From IMG/VR virus record IMGVR_UViG_3300027770_001980, positions 1 to 64,000 of that record: a DNA stretch of 64,000 nucleotides; one strand, given 5' to 3'. Both the position numbers and the translations under genes were made by a program. How positions within the stretch are numbered: position 1 is the first letter of the stretch; each line of letters starts with the position of its first letter. Of the stretch, positions 31,588 to 42,042 are shown one piece after another. A model generated the notes under the pieces. It searched no databases. It was not told the origin of the DNA and saw nothing but the letters and a program-made list of their open reading frames with translations.

Positions 31588-31886
31588 GATGGGAACGATC
31601 CTACGATGGCGACCAAGTTGTCATCAAAGAGATTCATAAGGCTGTGGTTCATCGTTTTCGATTAGGTGATGTAGAAGACCCGGACTTGTATGCTGCTCAA
31701 CCTTTATACGAATGGGAAAAGAGTGACCCGGGCCAGTTTGTCATGAAACATGCCGTAGATAAACCGGAATGGCATAGGCATCTTGATCAGTTTAGTTACG
31801 GATATGAATATGCTATAGTAGCAGAGTTAGAGATGAAGAAGTTAAGTGAGTTTTATTTAAGGTGGGGACCGGTGGGGAAATTATAA
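31575..31886 (+). CDS. hypothetical protein
   Basis: ORF. Confidence 0.6.
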   Translation: MGKVRWERSYDGDQVVIKEIHKAVVHRFRLGDVEDPDLYAAQPLYEWEKSDPGQFVMKHAVDKPEWHRHLDQFSYGYEYAIVAELEMKKLSEFYLRWGPVGKL

Positions 31887-31898
31887 AAAGGAACAATA

Positions 31899-32867
31899 AT
31901 GAAAATACTATTTCACAATAATCAACTCGATATAAGAGGTACCACAGTATCTGTAACCGATTATGCAAGGTATAATCAAGAAATATTAGGTAATGAGAGT
32001 ATTATCTGCTACGATGCTACTATAAGACCAGATGGAAACAACGGAACAGATCCCGGGGTACGCGAAGGACTTGAAAACTCATTTAAAATAATTGGTCACC
32101 AAGGACCCGATGATGTTAAAAAAATCATCGATCGAGAAAAAATCGATTTTGCTTATTTCCAAAGAGGTGGGTGGCCTGAATTTATACCAGATAATTGCAA
32201 AACTGGAGTACATGCAGTATTTCAATGTAATGACCCACACGGTGATATATATGCCTATATATCAGAATGGTTATCTGAGGCCATGGCACAAAAGCACGGG
32301 ATATCTCCTCGACCGTGGGTTCCATACCCTGTATATCTTCCACCTCCTACAAGAAATTATAGAGAGGATTGGGGTATTCGCCCGGACCAATTTATTTTTG
32401 GTAGGCACGGTGGACGTTTTACTTTCGATTTAGGATTTGTTCAGAAACAAATTGCTTATCTGTTAGATACTCGAGATGATTTTGTTTTTGTATTCATGGG
32501 AACAGACCCTTGGATAAATCATCCTAATGTTAGATTTTTAAATCCAGTACATGATCTACAAACCAAATCTAATATCATAAACACCTGGGATGCAATGATA
32601 CACGGCAGATCACATGGGGAAAGTTTTGGTGCAGCGGTGGCAGAAGCATTGTTTTTAAATAAACCTGTACTATCGTGGGAGGGAGGAAATGATCTACATC
32701 ATGCTAAAGTTTTAAATAATTCCGGTTTACTTTATTCAGAAAATACACTTTGGGAAAAAATGAATAACATACGAGAATTGGCCAAGAAAGAAGATTGGTC
32801 AAAACGAGTAGAACAATTTAAACCAGCAGTGGTGATGGATAGATTTGATAAAGTTTTTTTAAGGTAA
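31899..32867 (+). CDS. GT-B (GT4-like) glycosyltransferase
   Basis: RGTTVSVTDYA, GRHGG, GESFGAAVAEA...KPVL. Confidence 0.75.
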   Translation: MKILFHNNQLDIRGTTVSVTDYARYNQEILGNESIICYDATIRPDGNNGTDPGVREGLENSFKIIGHQGPDDVKKIIDREKIDFAYFQRGGWPEFIPDNCKTGVHAVFQCNDPHGDIYAYISEWLSEAMAQKHGISPRPWVPYPVYLPPPTRNYREDWGIRPDQFIFGRHGGRFTFDLGFVQKQIAYLLDTRDDFVFVFMGTDPWINHPNVRFLNPVHDLQTKSNIINTWDAMIHGRSHGESFGAAVAEALFLNKPVLSWEGGNDLHHAKVLNNSGLLYSENTLWEKMNNIRELAKKEDWSKRVEQFKPAVVMDRFDKVFLR

Positions 32868-32871
32868 TATA

Positions 32872-33054
32872 ATGGAAGCACAATTTAAAGTAGGTGATCT
32901 TGTTGAAAAGGTTGGTGGTGACTACACATTCGTGGGTCATGTAGTAGCAGTATTTGCTAAACTAAGTGGAGCAATTCGTTTGGTCGTTGAAGATGATCGC
33001 GGTGTTCTTCATGTATATAGCGAAAAGATTCTTCGTTTGGTGGAGGCACAATGA
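32872..33054 (+). CDS. hypothetical protein
   Basis: FKVGDLVEKVGGDY. Confidence 0.65.
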   Translation: MEAQFKVGDLVEKVGGDYTFVGHVVAVFAKLSGAIRLVVEDDRGVLHVYSEKILRLVEAQ

Positions 33055-33410
33055 CCAATCCTTTTCGTGATCAAGAAAAATTTATGAGGGCTTGCGACCA
33101 AAGTGTCACAGGTGATCAAAAACAATACGATATGTACATCAGTCTAATTGAAGAAGAAGTTAACGAACTACAAGAAGCAGAAGATGATACAGAAACATTA
33201 GATGCACTTATTGATATACTTGTGGTCACCATTGGTGCTATCCATAGTATGGGTGCAGATGGTGAAGGTGCTTGGAAAGAAGTTATGGCAACTAACTTTG
33301 CCAAAATAGATCGAGAGACAGGTAAGGTACGCAAACGTGAGGATGGAAAAGTCTTAAAGCCTATTGGGTGGACACCTCCTGAGTTATCTCCATTTGTAAG
33401 GAAAGAATGA
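33051..33410 (+). CDS. MazG-like/PRA-PH NTP pyrophosphohydrolase
   Basis: LIEEEVNEL, DALIDILVV, N..K...R.DGKVLKP. Confidence 0.85.
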   Translation: MTNPFRDQEKFMRACDQSVTGDQKQYDMYISLIEEEVNELQEAEDDTETLDALIDILVVTIGAIHSMGADGEGAWKEVMATNFAKIDRETGKVRKREDGKVLKPIGWTPPELSPFVRKE

Positions 33411-33658
33411 TGGCAACTAAAAAGAAATCCAAAGTAATCGAATCTGCTGATGTAGCAGAAATGATTAATAAGCCTTCGGGCGGTTGGCCCATGATGAATC
33501 AAGGTACACATCTAACAGTAAAAACATTCGAAGATGGTAGAACTGAACTAATTTGGAACGATGCGGCATTGACACAAGAAGTTAATGCTGCTATACTAAG
33601 TACAGAGAATAAAACTATAGCGATTACATCAGAATCAAAACGTAAAAAAGTAAAATAA
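33407..33658 (+). CDS. hypothetical protein
   Basis: ORF. Confidence 0.55.
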   Translation: MMATKKKSKVIESADVAEMINKPSGGWPMMNQGTHLTVKTFEDGRTELIWNDAALTQEVNAAILSTENKTIAITSESKRKKVK

Positions 33659-33659
33659 A

Positions 33660-34388
33660 ATGTCAACAACAAAACAGGAAAACTATCCAAGCGATAAATC
33701 TTTTTGGCACGGATTTGATGAATTCTACGAAAAGTATTTTGAAAATAGAACATTTAATAACATTGCCGAAATTGGGGCTGCAGGTGGAGCATCGATCAGG
33801 TGGTTGTTGGAACGTTTTCCTAACAGTCACATTTATGGTGCAGACATTATTGGACGCACAAATAAATGCCCGGTTGACGACCGATATAAATTATTTCAAA
33901 TAGATCAAAGTAATGTTGAACAATTAAAATATTTCCTAACTCAAGCATCATATGATCTTATTATTGAAGATGGTTCCCATCATCCTGCCCATCAGATATT
34001 AAGTTTAATTGAGGGTATCAAGGTACTTGTACCTAAAGGTATCTATATATTAGAGGATATTCATACCAGTATGAGTGCAATCGCTTCCGGAAATGCCGGA
34101 AACGCATTATCAGTATTGTTGGGTATTCAGCATTACAGGAGATTAAATATTTCAATTGATAGAGGTATTGCTCAAAAAATATCTTACAATAGTTTAATGT
34201 CTATAGATGAGGTCTTACTATTAGAAGAACATATTGACACAATAGAACTATACAAGAGATCACGTCTGCCCGATTGGTGTGCTGTTTGTAAATCTATAGA
34301 CTTTAATTTTAGTCAGTTTAGATGCGGATGTGGAACAGGAATTTTTAGCTACGATGATAGCATGACCTTTGTTATCGTTAAAAAATAA
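33660..34388 (+). CDS. class I SAM-dependent methyltransferase
   Basis: EIGAAGG, IYGADI, IIEDGSH, GIYILEDI. Confidence 0.8.
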   Translation: MSTTKQENYPSDKSFWHGFDEFYEKYFENRTFNNIAEIGAAGGASIRWLLERFPNSHIYGADIIGRTNKCPVDDRYKLFQIDQSNVEQLKYFLTQASYDLIIEDGSHHPAHQILSLIEGIKVLVPKGIYILEDIHTSMSAIASGNAGNALSVLLGIQHYRRLNISIDRGIAQKISYNSLMSIDEVLLLEEHIDTIELYKRSRLPDWCAVCKSIDFNFSQFRCGCGTGIFSYDDSMTFVIVKK

Positions 34389-34410
34389 TTATATTAACAG
34401 GAGACAGAAA

Positions 34411-34623
34411 ATGGCAACAGCAAAATCGGTAAGCAATCTCAGCGACAAACTGGTAAAAGTAAATGAGAATTTCTCAATCAATATGTATGACAATGGCTTC
34501 ATGATTGAAGTCGGCGGTCGTAATAAAAAAGGCGATTATACCAATGCTAAAATCATGTGCTCAAATGTTGAGCAACTTGTAGCATTGGTAGCAGAAGCCT
34601 GCTCAATGGAACGTGACTCATAA
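34411..34623 (+). CDS. hypothetical protein
   Basis: AGGAG RBS. Confidence 0.65.
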   Translation: MATAKSVSNLSDKLVKVNENFSINMYDNGFMIEVGGRNKKGDYTNAKIMCSNVEQLVALVAEACSMERDS

Positions 34624-34907
34624 TGCAGATTAAAATCGCAGGTATCAAGTATGATATCATACTTAAATCAAGTGAAGAGATGCATGGTGGAATTGGCCTG
34701 GCTAATTTTAACACACAAGAAATTTGGGTCAATGAAACATTTTCTTCTCAAACTAAAACAATAGCATATTGGCATGAGACTATACATATCTTAAGTGATT
34801 CATATAATCTCAAATTAAATGAAGAGAACGTCAAATATTTGACTCATGCACTTATAGCATTGCTCGAAGATAACCCTGGAATAGTTGAACAATTTAAAGG
34901 AAATTAA
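34623..34907 (+). CDS. HExxH domain protein
   Basis: YWHETIH. Confidence 0.55.
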   Translation: MQIKIAGIKYDIILKSSEEMHGGIGLANFNTQEIWVNETFSSQTKTIAYWHETIHILSDSYNLKLNEENVKYLTHALIALLEDNPGIVEQFKGN

Positions 34908-34908
34908 A

Positions 34909-35415
34909 ATGGCAATCTGGACCGTTAGCACATACTACAAAAAATCTTGTCAAGAAGTTGAACATTGGGTCCGCCAAAATGGTGATGGTAAAATAATCAC
35001 AACCAACGGATTCCGTTTTGGTGAATGGACTGTGGAAACTACAGACGACAATCCTCCGGAGTTTGAATTCACTTATGTTCCAGGCGGTGATGGTCGTCGA
35101 GACAGCCTCGACATGTGCAACCTTGAAGGCAACAACATCGAAAGTTCAGAACTTGTTGAAATGTTCGACGGTGGTTGCTGGTTTGAAACTGATTTCTATG
35201 ACCTTGATGATGCGGAACAAGAAGAACTTGAAAACTTCATCGAAGAAAACAGCATCTATGATTTAGAGGATCGCGAAGATGATCCATGGTATCCGGATGA
35301 AACTGAATGGTGGATATGGGGACCTATTGAGATTAAGAACGCTGACGGCGACCGTGTGCGTATCATTATTGCAGACGACGACGGCAATGTCGTTGATTTT
35401 AAAGACGAAGAATAA
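34909..35415 (+). CDS. hypothetical acidic protein
   Basis: ORF. Confidence 0.7.
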   Translation: MAIWTVSTYYKKSCQEVEHWVRQNGDGKIITTNGFRFGEWTVETTDDNPPEFEFTYVPGGDGRRDSLDMCNLEGNNIESSELVEMFDGGCWFETDFYDLDDAEQEELENFIEENSIYDLEDREDDPWYPDETEWWIWGPIEIKNADGDRVRIIIADDDGNVVDFKDEE

Positions 35416-36260
35416 TGGCACAACACAGTAACTATTGGAGTTGTAGTCCTTTCGCAGATTGGATCCGAGGTACTACCAAATTAAAAATGGGTACCAGCGA
35501 AGAATGGCACGAGTGGGAATCTCGTGCAAAACGAGATTATCCCATCCGTTGGTGGATTGCAGAAGAAGGTCTTGGGCATCTACAAGACTTCGTTACATGG
35601 CCCGTAAGGAAAATATATGATATCAAATACTACATTAACAACCGTTGGATTAGTCACACTCATGCTCTTACCGCTCATCCCCGGGATATTAAGCCGGGTG
35701 AATGGAGGGATGTGGGCAACCGCTTTCTGCCTTGCTTATTCAATGAGTTGGTTGATTTTGTTGAAATAGAACAAGCCTGGCATCACATTGCCTGGAACGA
35801 TGAATCCAAAGAGAAGTTCAAAGCACCATTCTGGGCCAGTGGTTGGTTCCGTTGGAGAACTTGGCGTTGTCCCGAAGCAGGTATTGCTTCACTTGATTGG
35901 TCAATGAGTTTGGTTTGGGACAAGGACTGGGGTGTAGACGAAACAAGTCCAGAATTTGGCAAGCCTACCAGTCAAGCAATCCGTGCTAAGGAAATCAAAG
36001 AACTATATCTATGGTGGACCACTGTATATCCTGCTCGACCAGATCCCATGGATGCCAGTGGGTGGAGTGAATACTGCGATCGTCTGCGTATAGAACAAGG
36101 TAGTGACCGCTGGATTGGAATGAAATCAAAGAGCCCCGAGACCGAAAAGATGGGAAAGAAAGCACTCAAACTATCACAAAAGATTGAAGAGGCCTACGAT
36201 AAAGAAGATGAGGCTATGATGATTCGTTTGATTAAGATAAGAGATAGCCTATGGACCTAA
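35415..36260 (+). CDS. hypothetical Trp-rich protein
   Basis: ORF. Confidence 0.7.
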   Translation: MAQHSNYWSCSPFADWIRGTTKLKMGTSEEWHEWESRAKRDYPIRWWIAEEGLGHLQDFVTWPVRKIYDIKYYINNRWISHTHALTAHPRDIKPGEWRDVGNRFLPCLFNELVDFVEIEQAWHHIAWNDESKEKFKAPFWASGWFRWRTWRCPEAGIASLDWSMSLVWDKDWGVDETSPEFGKPTSQAIRAKEIKELYLWWTTVYPARPDPMDASGWSEYCDRLRIEQGSDRWIGMKSKSPETEKMGKKALKLSQKIEEAYDKEDEAMMIRLIKIRDSLWT

Positions 36261-36421
36261 GTTGCCCTAAATGCGATACAAAATCATACTCTTCTGAATA
36301 TGATACTTACTACTGCGAATCTTGTAACGAGTGGTTAGAGGACATCTGCACAGACCGAGATTGTAAATTTTGTAATAGTAGACCTGCCAAGCCCAATGAC
36401 CGACATATCCAGGAGTCCTAA
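36251..36421 (+). CDS. small Zn-finger-like protein
   Basis: CPKC, CESC, C..CKFC in 56 aa. Confidence 0.5.
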   Translation: MDLSCPKCDTKSYSSEYDTYYCESCNEWLEDICTDRDCKFCNSRPAKPNDRHIQES

Positions 36422-36983
36422 TCGGCATACCTTTCAAAGAGACAACTATATCAAACGTTGTCTCGAGGAAGGCAAAAGTCTCGACGATCCAAATGTTAAA
36501 GCTATGATTGATATGTATAACAGTTGGGCGCTTAGAGATGAAGAAAATCTAACCGACACCGAGTGGCAAGAGAACAATATGGAGTTCGATATGCGTAGTG
36601 CCGACTGGATGGTTGCCAAGGTCCGCGAAAGTCGAGTCTACGCTCAACACCTCTATGCTGCCATGTGCAATAATGAGTTCCAAAAACTCGAAGTGTTCCC
36701 TATTCTTAAAGACCAGCGTTGGAGTGCCAGTTGGAGATATGCTGGTGGCATAGTAGCGGACATGCGCGGAGAAGGTGATTACATCGATTGGTATTGCTCT
36801 GGTATTGGAAATAGCGATCCGTTAGAGGACGGTGAATGGGAACGAATGACCGCTGAGCAGCAAACCGTCTATAAAGAAAAAGAAGCATCTGTCGGCGAAG
36901 GCATGATCACTGATGAGATCAAAGATGACCTAAAGCGGTTAGGTTGGATATTCCGTGACGGCGATTTTGATGACATGCGATGA
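36396..36983 (+). CDS. hypothetical protein
   Basis: ORF. Confidence 0.7.
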   Translation: MTDISRSPNRHTFQRDNYIKRCLEEGKSLDDPNVKAMIDMYNSWALRDEENLTDTEWQENNMEFDMRSADWMVAKVRESRVYAQHLYAAMCNNEFQKLEVFPILKDQRWSASWRYAGGIVADMRGEGDYIDWYCSGIGNSDPLEDGEWERMTAEQQTVYKEKEASVGEGMITDEIKDDLKRLGWIFRDGDFDDMR

Positions 36984-37270
36984 GTAAACCTGTTGTCCTG
37001 ACCGAAGATCAATGGGCTAAAGTATACGATATCATTGCCAAAACCTATCCACATAGTGTGTTGTTAATACGCAACAGGATGAAGGAAGTTCTGGGTTTCA
37101 CTGTACGCAGACATGCAGAATGGCTCAAATATGATGGAGAGGATCACGAATTTGTCCCTCGACATTCATACAAAGAACTGATATGTTTAGATTTCTACAA
37201 TGAGCCAAAAAGAACCATGTTTTTGTTGAGATATTCGGACATAATTGGTAAAACCACTCTTGACAATTAG
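36980..37270 (+). CDS. hypothetical protein
   Basis: ORF. Confidence 0.6.
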   Translation: MSKPVVLTEDQWAKVYDIIAKTYPHSVLLIRNRMKEVLGFTVRRHAEWLKYDGEDHEFVPRHSYKELICLDFYNEPKRTMFLLRYSDIIGKTTLDN

Positions 37271-37321
37271 ACAAAATCGCTGTATAATTACTATATTGAA
37301 CAGCAACACTTGGAGTAATAT

Positions 37322-38524
37322 ATGGTAACAGCAGTTAAAAAAGTAGCAGTAAAGAAGGTTCGCGTAACTTCGCAAAGCATTCGTGAAAATGCCAAACGCG
37401 ATTTGAGCCCAAAATGGGACGGTGCTGGAGACATGAGCCCAACTGAATATGCTGCTTATTTCCGCGAAGCAATGAAATACTACCGTTTGGAAAGTTCTGG
37501 CAAAGAACTCAAGCCAAAAGTCATCGATTGGATGGGTCGTAACGATTACACCCGTGATCAAATACAAGCATTCAAGAAAACTAAAGAGTGGCGTTGTAAC
37601 CTGACCATGGGTGCTATCGCAAGTTGCTTGCTCAAAGGTATGCCAGCAACTAAACAAGGTTGGAACAACAATGCAAGTTCTGCAGAATGGCTCAAAGAGC
37701 AAATCGCCGATGCTGTAGAAGCAGGCAAGTGGGATATTGAGGAAGTCGAAGCGGTTAAGACTGCCAAAGCAGTGGCGCCAGTTATGAACATCCAAGATCG
37801 CATCCGTGAGCAGGCAGTGGGCATGAGCGATGAGATCGATGCTGCTATCGATTCGTGGATCGTTGATCCTAATGCTTTTGATCCCAAAGCATTCAAGATG
37901 GTTAGTCTGTTGCGTGGCAAGGGTGCCAAGGCAGCACAGGCTCGCTATATCAAAGGTTTCTTTGCTAACGGTCTGGCAGAACTCAAAGAACTCGCCAGTG
38001 GACATGCTGATGACCAATTGAAAGAAGGTTATCGACATGTTAGTCGTAAGAATGTCAACAAGTTGATCGAGTTCTACGAAAGCATTGCACAGGCTTGCGA
38101 GCAGATTGCCGCAGAAGCCAAAGTGTTGAAGAAGCCCCGTGCTAAAAAGGTCAAGCCCGCAGAGGAATTGGTCAAGCGTATCAAGTTTAAGATGACTGAT
38201 GACAAGTTGGGTGTGGCTTCAGTGCCGGCTGCTGGTTTGATTGGTGCCCAGGCTGCTATTGTTTACAATTCCAAGACTCGCAAGTTTGGTATGTATATCG
38301 CTAAAACTTCAGCAGGCTTGAATGTTAAAGGTACCAGCATCATCGACTTTACTGAGAAATCAGTACAGAAAACTTTGCGTAAGCCTGCAGAACAGTTGAA
38401 AGACTTTAAACTGCAAAATACGCAACGGCGTGTTGAGACTTGGTTGGGTGCCATCAAGGCCACTGATACTATGTTGAATGGACGCATGAATGCAGACATC
38501 ATGATCTTAAAAGTGTTCAAGTGA
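37322..38524 (+). CDS. hypothetical 400-aa protein, probably highly expressed early gene
   Basis: Own sigma70 promoter, GGAG RBS, biased codon usage. Confidence 0.75.
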   Translation: MVTAVKKVAVKKVRVTSQSIRENAKRDLSPKWDGAGDMSPTEYAAYFREAMKYYRLESSGKELKPKVIDWMGRNDYTRDQIQAFKKTKEWRCNLTMGAIASCLLKGMPATKQGWNNNASSAEWLKEQIADAVEAGKWDIEEVEAVKTAKAVAPVMNIQDRIREQAVGMSDEIDAAIDSWIVDPNAFDPKAFKMVSLLRGKGAKAAQARYIKGFFANGLAELKELASGHADDQLKEGYRHVSRKNVNKLIEFYESIAQACEQIAAEAKVLKKPRAKKVKPAEELVKRIKFKMTDDKLGVASVPAAGLIGAQAAIVYNSKTRKFGMYIAKTSAGLNVKGTSIIDFTEKSVQKTLRKPAEQLKDFKLQNTQRRVETWLGAIKATDTMLNGRMNADIMILKVFK

Positions 38525-38661
38525 TCAACAGAGATATTATTTTAGCGGTAAGAGAAATGACTGATCGTCATTTCACAGTATCGGATATTGCTGCTAAACT
38601 TAATATCGGCGTTGAACTTGTTCAAATGGCTATTGATTTTATTAACAATATGTTAACATAG
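38521..38661 (+). CDS. small HTH-like protein
   Basis: GTG start; TVSDIAAKLNIGVELV. Confidence 0.45.
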   Translation: MINRDIILAVREMTDRHFTVSDIAAKLNIGVELVQMAIDFINNMLT

Positions 38662-38668
38662 GTGTAAT

Positions 38669-39025
38669 ATGACAGGCTGGAATACAATCAAAAATCTTCG
38701 AGATATTGAAGCACGGGCAGACTTGCTGGGTATGATGTTGGCACCTTACCGTCATGATGATCGTTATGGCGAAAATGTAGCACTGGTGCCCAAGGATCAG
38801 AACTCATTGCCCATCTACACCCGTGATGCTCAGCTATTTGCTGGCTCACTCGAAGGTGCTAATCATTTCATGCAAGGTATCATGTGGGCACGAGATTACG
38901 ATCTTTTCACCATTGATAAAAATCTCAATGCCAAGCGAGCTCGAAAAGAACAAGACCTGCGTAATAAAGAATTGATGGAAATTATTAAAAATAGTGATAA
39001 GCGAGATAAAAATGAAACTGTCTGA
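38669..39025 (+). CDS. hypothetical protein
   Basis: ORF. Confidence 0.65.
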   Translation: MTGWNTIKNLRDIEARADLLGMMLAPYRHDDRYGENVALVPKDQNSLPIYTRDAQLFAGSLEGANHFMQGIMWARDYDLFTIDKNLNAKRARKEQDLRNKELMEIIKNSDKRDKNETV

Positions 39026-39428
39026 TCATAGTAAACAACGACTGCAGGCGACTTTTACTGAATGGGGCGTGGACGAATTGGACTACATGGGCCCTATGTA
39101 TGAATATTTGATCAATGGATTTGAGCCAGGTAGTTTCTTTACTGCGGTGTTGGCTAATAACTTCATGGATGCCGTGAGGTCCAGCCATCCTGCTAACACT
39201 ATTCCTGCTCTTAAAAAATTAGCAGGATGGATTACTGAACACATGCCCAAGCAAGCCTGGGGCAGTTACAATCAAGTGAAATCCTGGCTGGCCTTGGCAG
39301 ATCACGAGCGTAGAGCAATATTGGAAGAATGTCGTCTGATCTATACGACCAAACAGGAAGTCATGTTGATCTTGAAGGGTATGCCTGTCATACACACTGA
39401 TGATTTTTTGAGAATGGAGAATTGCTAA
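39012..39428 (+). CDS. hypothetical protein
   Basis: GFEPGSFFTAVLANNF. Confidence 0.65.
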   Translation: MKLSDHSKQRLQATFTEWGVDELDYMGPMYEYLINGFEPGSFFTAVLANNFMDAVRSSHPANTIPALKKLAGWITEHMPKQAWGSYNQVKSWLALADHERRAILEECRLIYTTKQEVMLILKGMPVIHTDDFLRMENC

Positions 39429-39429
39429 T

Positions 39430-39720
39430 ATGAGCACAGAAGAAGATAAATTCAAACACAGCCGGCGATTGCTCAAAGACGATAATGCTGTAAAGAAACA
39501 GACTAAGATTGCTAAAACTTTTGGAGTGCCGGTTAAGGAGCCACATAAGTTTGCTAAACAACATGCTATGGATTGCGGTAATCCACAATGTTTGCTTTGC
39601 TCAAGTGAAAAAGTTTTAGGAAGAAAGACTATTAAAGAAAGACGATTTGATCAAGATGTGGATACACCTTCCGACCGACGCAGTAATGGAGTAAAACCCA
39701 ATGAAGAAGATCTACTATGA
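39430..39720 (+). CDS. hypothetical protein
   Basis: H...CGNPQCLLC Zn-binding-like motif. Confidence 0.65.
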   Translation: MSTEEDKFKHSRRLLKDDNAVKKQTKIAKTFGVPVKEPHKFAKQHAMDCGNPQCLLCSSEKVLGRKTIKERRFDQDVDTPSDRRSNGVKPNEEDLL

Positions 39721-40156
39721 AAAAGTCGGCGCACGGTATGTTCCCGTAGCCGAATATGATAGCGAATACTTGGATAGTTTCTCCAAAGGTACTCACATTG
39801 TCATGTGCTATCCAGGTGGACAAAGTCGTAGATACAACATCGATCCTGACTATGCTGGAATGATTGCCGCCGGGCGTGTGGCCGAAGAAGCCATGGGCAA
39901 GGCCATGTATGACGCCAGTCAACTGAAGCCAAGCAAGAAACCAATTACATCTGGACAACGACGAGCATGGCGGAAACTGGCCAAAGAGTTTGGTGAGGAA
40001 CTATATCAATTGAATGGAGTCAGCACACACGATATTGTCCAAGAAGGCCTAAAGGCTTTACATAAGGAAGCAGATGTGTTATACTCTAATCCAGCAGTGA
40101 AAAAAGCATACGATCACTTTATTTTAATGTGTAAACTAACCAAGGAACAATCATGA
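39701..40156 (+). CDS. hypothetical protein
   Basis: ORF. Confidence 0.65.
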   Translation: MKKIYYEKVGARYVPVAEYDSEYLDSFSKGTHIVMCYPGGQSRRYNIDPDYAGMIAAGRVAEEAMGKAMYDASQLKPSKKPITSGQRRAWRKLAKEFGEELYQLNGVSTHDIVQEGLKALHKEADVLYSNPAVKKAYDHFILMCKLTKEQS

Positions 40157-40689
40157 TCACTCTTAAAGATTTTATGGAAACAGTCAACTACCGTATCACA
40201 GAAGGTAGCAACTATGGCTGGAGTTGTTTTGGATTCAATGCCTATATATTGGATTATTGGAATGGTGACCATAGTGGTTACAGCATGGTCATCACATTTG
40301 ATACTAAAACTCAAGTGGTTTACATGGTAGAGGCACACGATTTTAAAAATCAGAGAGCATATCGTATGATCAACCCTGCCTTCACAGCGGCACACGATAC
40401 TGAAGTTAAGACCCGTGGTATTGAAGATCAAGCATGGGAAGATGATAACGGCGAGCCTGTCAAATACACTGATCTCGATGTAGATGCTGACTTCTTAGAA
40501 AAGGCTCGTGCTATCGTTGCTGGTGAAGACTACGATACTCGTGTCCAGATTTCAGTTGATTTCACGAATGAAGAACTATTGCAGTATGCTATAATGGCAC
40601 ATGAACAAGATATCACCCTGAATGCACTTATCGAAGGTGCTCTTCGTGATATGATTGACCGCCACGATTTATTGAAAGAATGGAAGTAA
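40153..40689 (+). CDS. hypothetical protein
   Basis: ORF. Confidence 0.7.
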   Translation: MITLKDFMETVNYRITEGSNYGWSCFGFNAYILDYWNGDHSGYSMVITFDTKTQVVYMVEAHDFKNQRAYRMINPAFTAAHDTEVKTRGIEDQAWEDDNGEPVKYTDLDVDADFLEKARAIVAGEDYDTRVQISVDFTNEELLQYAIMAHEQDITLNALIEGALRDMIDRHDLLKEWK

Positions 40690-40962
40690 ATGACATTGCC
40701 CGATGAACGCTATCGTGCGGTCATGGAAACTATGCGTTTCCTTACAGATTTACAATCCACAGAAGTATATCCCAGGGTGCCTAAAATAGTGAGGAAACAT
40801 GCCCTAAGCCTGTTGCGTCATTATCCCAGTGCTTGGGATATGAAGGTAGCATCTGAGAATGCGCCAAATATATTCCAAAAAGAAATGGAACCACTTTATC
40901 GTATGGTTAAGAAATACGATATGGAAAAGAAAGAACAGAATGAAAATCGGCCTGAGTTATAG
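40690..40962 (+). CDS. hypothetical protein
   Basis: MTLPDERYRAV...LLRHYP. Confidence 0.65.
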   Translation: MTLPDERYRAVMETMRFLTDLQSTEVYPRVPKIVRKHALSLLRHYPSAWDMKVASENAPNIFQKEMEPLYRMVKKYDMEKKEQNENRPEL

Positions 40963-41362
40963 TCGTTGTATCCGAGACATCGTCGACGGTGTTGTGGATA
41001 TCGATGATGTATTAGTAGTCATCTCCCGTACCAACTTTGATCCCAAAGATGACGAGCAGTGGGCGGGCATTTGGGCGGGCTATCACGACCGTAGCGGAGG
41101 ATGGAGCAATAGCGAATGGTACGGCTATCCAGACACCGACGAAGTTAAATTCCGCGATGTAACAATCAAACTATGGGATGCTGGTAAGTTCCATCAACCT
41201 CGCAAGTTCGGAGCAAACCCTGCTCGCCGTCCAGAATACTGGTTAGAGACTTGTTTGCCAAGCAGTGAGTTAGAGCGTAATCCAGCAGCCAAGATCGCAT
41301 GGAATAACTTCCAAGTGGTTGCAGGATTGACCAATGTGACATTAGACAAAGATTATCAATAA
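40940..41362 (+). CDS. hypothetical protein
   Basis: Start at MKIGLSYSRC. Confidence 0.65.
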   Translation: MKIGLSYSRCIRDIVDGVVDIDDVLVVISRTNFDPKDDEQWAGIWAGYHDRSGGWSNSEWYGYPDTDEVKFRDVTIKLWDAGKFHQPRKFGANPARRPEYWLETCLPSSELERNPAAKIAWNNFQVVAGLTNVTLDKDYQ

Positions 41363-41371
41363 GGACATATT

Positions 41372-41956
41372 ATGTTAGTACCAATGGTAGTAGAGAAGAC
41401 AGGTCAAGGCGAACGAGCCTTTGACATTTTTAGTAGATTATTGAACGAAAGAATTGTATTCCTAAATGGAGGAGTGGACGATCACAGTAGCAATCTTGTA
41501 GTGGCACAGATGCTACATTTAGAGAGTGCCGATAGTGAGAAGGATATCCACTTTTATATCAACAGCCCCGGTGGCGTGATTACCAGTGGCATGGCTATCT
41601 ACGATGTCATGCAATTTGTCAAACCAGATGTATGCACTTATGTCATGGGTCAAGCCTGTAGCATGGGCAGTTTCTTGGCACAGGCAGGAGCTAAAGATAA
41701 GCGTTATATCTTACCACATGCTCGCCATATGATACACCAACCCAGTGGTGGTGCTCGTGGTATGCAGAGTGACATTGAGATCCAATACAAAGAAATCACA
41801 CAGATGAAGAAGATGTTGACAGACTTGTATGTTCAACATAATACGGCAGGCAAGACCTATGCTGACTTCGAGCGTGATATGGATCGTGATACATTTATGA
41901 GTGCTGAAGAAGCATTGGCATATGGATTGGTTGACAAAATTATCGATAAGCGTTAA
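41372..41956 (+). CDS. clpP: ATP-dependent Clp protease proteolytic subunit
   Basis: [33 protein letters not shown]. Confidence 0.95.
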   Translation: MLVPMVVEKTGQGERAFDIFSRLLNERIVFLNGGVDDHSSNLVVAQMLHLESADSEKDIHFYINSPGGVITSGMAIYDVMQFVKPDVCTYVMGQACSMGSFLAQAGAKDKRYILPHARHMIHQPSGGARGMQSDIEIQYKEITQMKKMLTDLYVQHNTAGKTYADFERDMDRDTFMSAEEALAYGLVDKIIDKR

Positions 41957-41975
41957 ACTTACGATAAATATCAAC

Positions 41976-42035
41976 AGCGGTCTCCGAGCATCAACCCGCT
42001 ATACAAATTCTGCTGCCTATGCTATAACATAGGAG
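41976..42035 (+). promoter_or_regulatory. putative riboswitch-like leader of queD
   Basis: AGCGG/CCGCT stem, loop AGCA can pair with TGCT; CCTATG/CATAGG hairpin buries the SD AGGAG. Confidence 0.45.
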
Positions 42036-42042
42036 AAAAAGC

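Noticed and set aside
37187-38038. 283-aa antisense ORF (and similar ones inside DUF2828)
   Set aside because: It is a shadow ORF produced by strong codon bias of the plus-strand gene.
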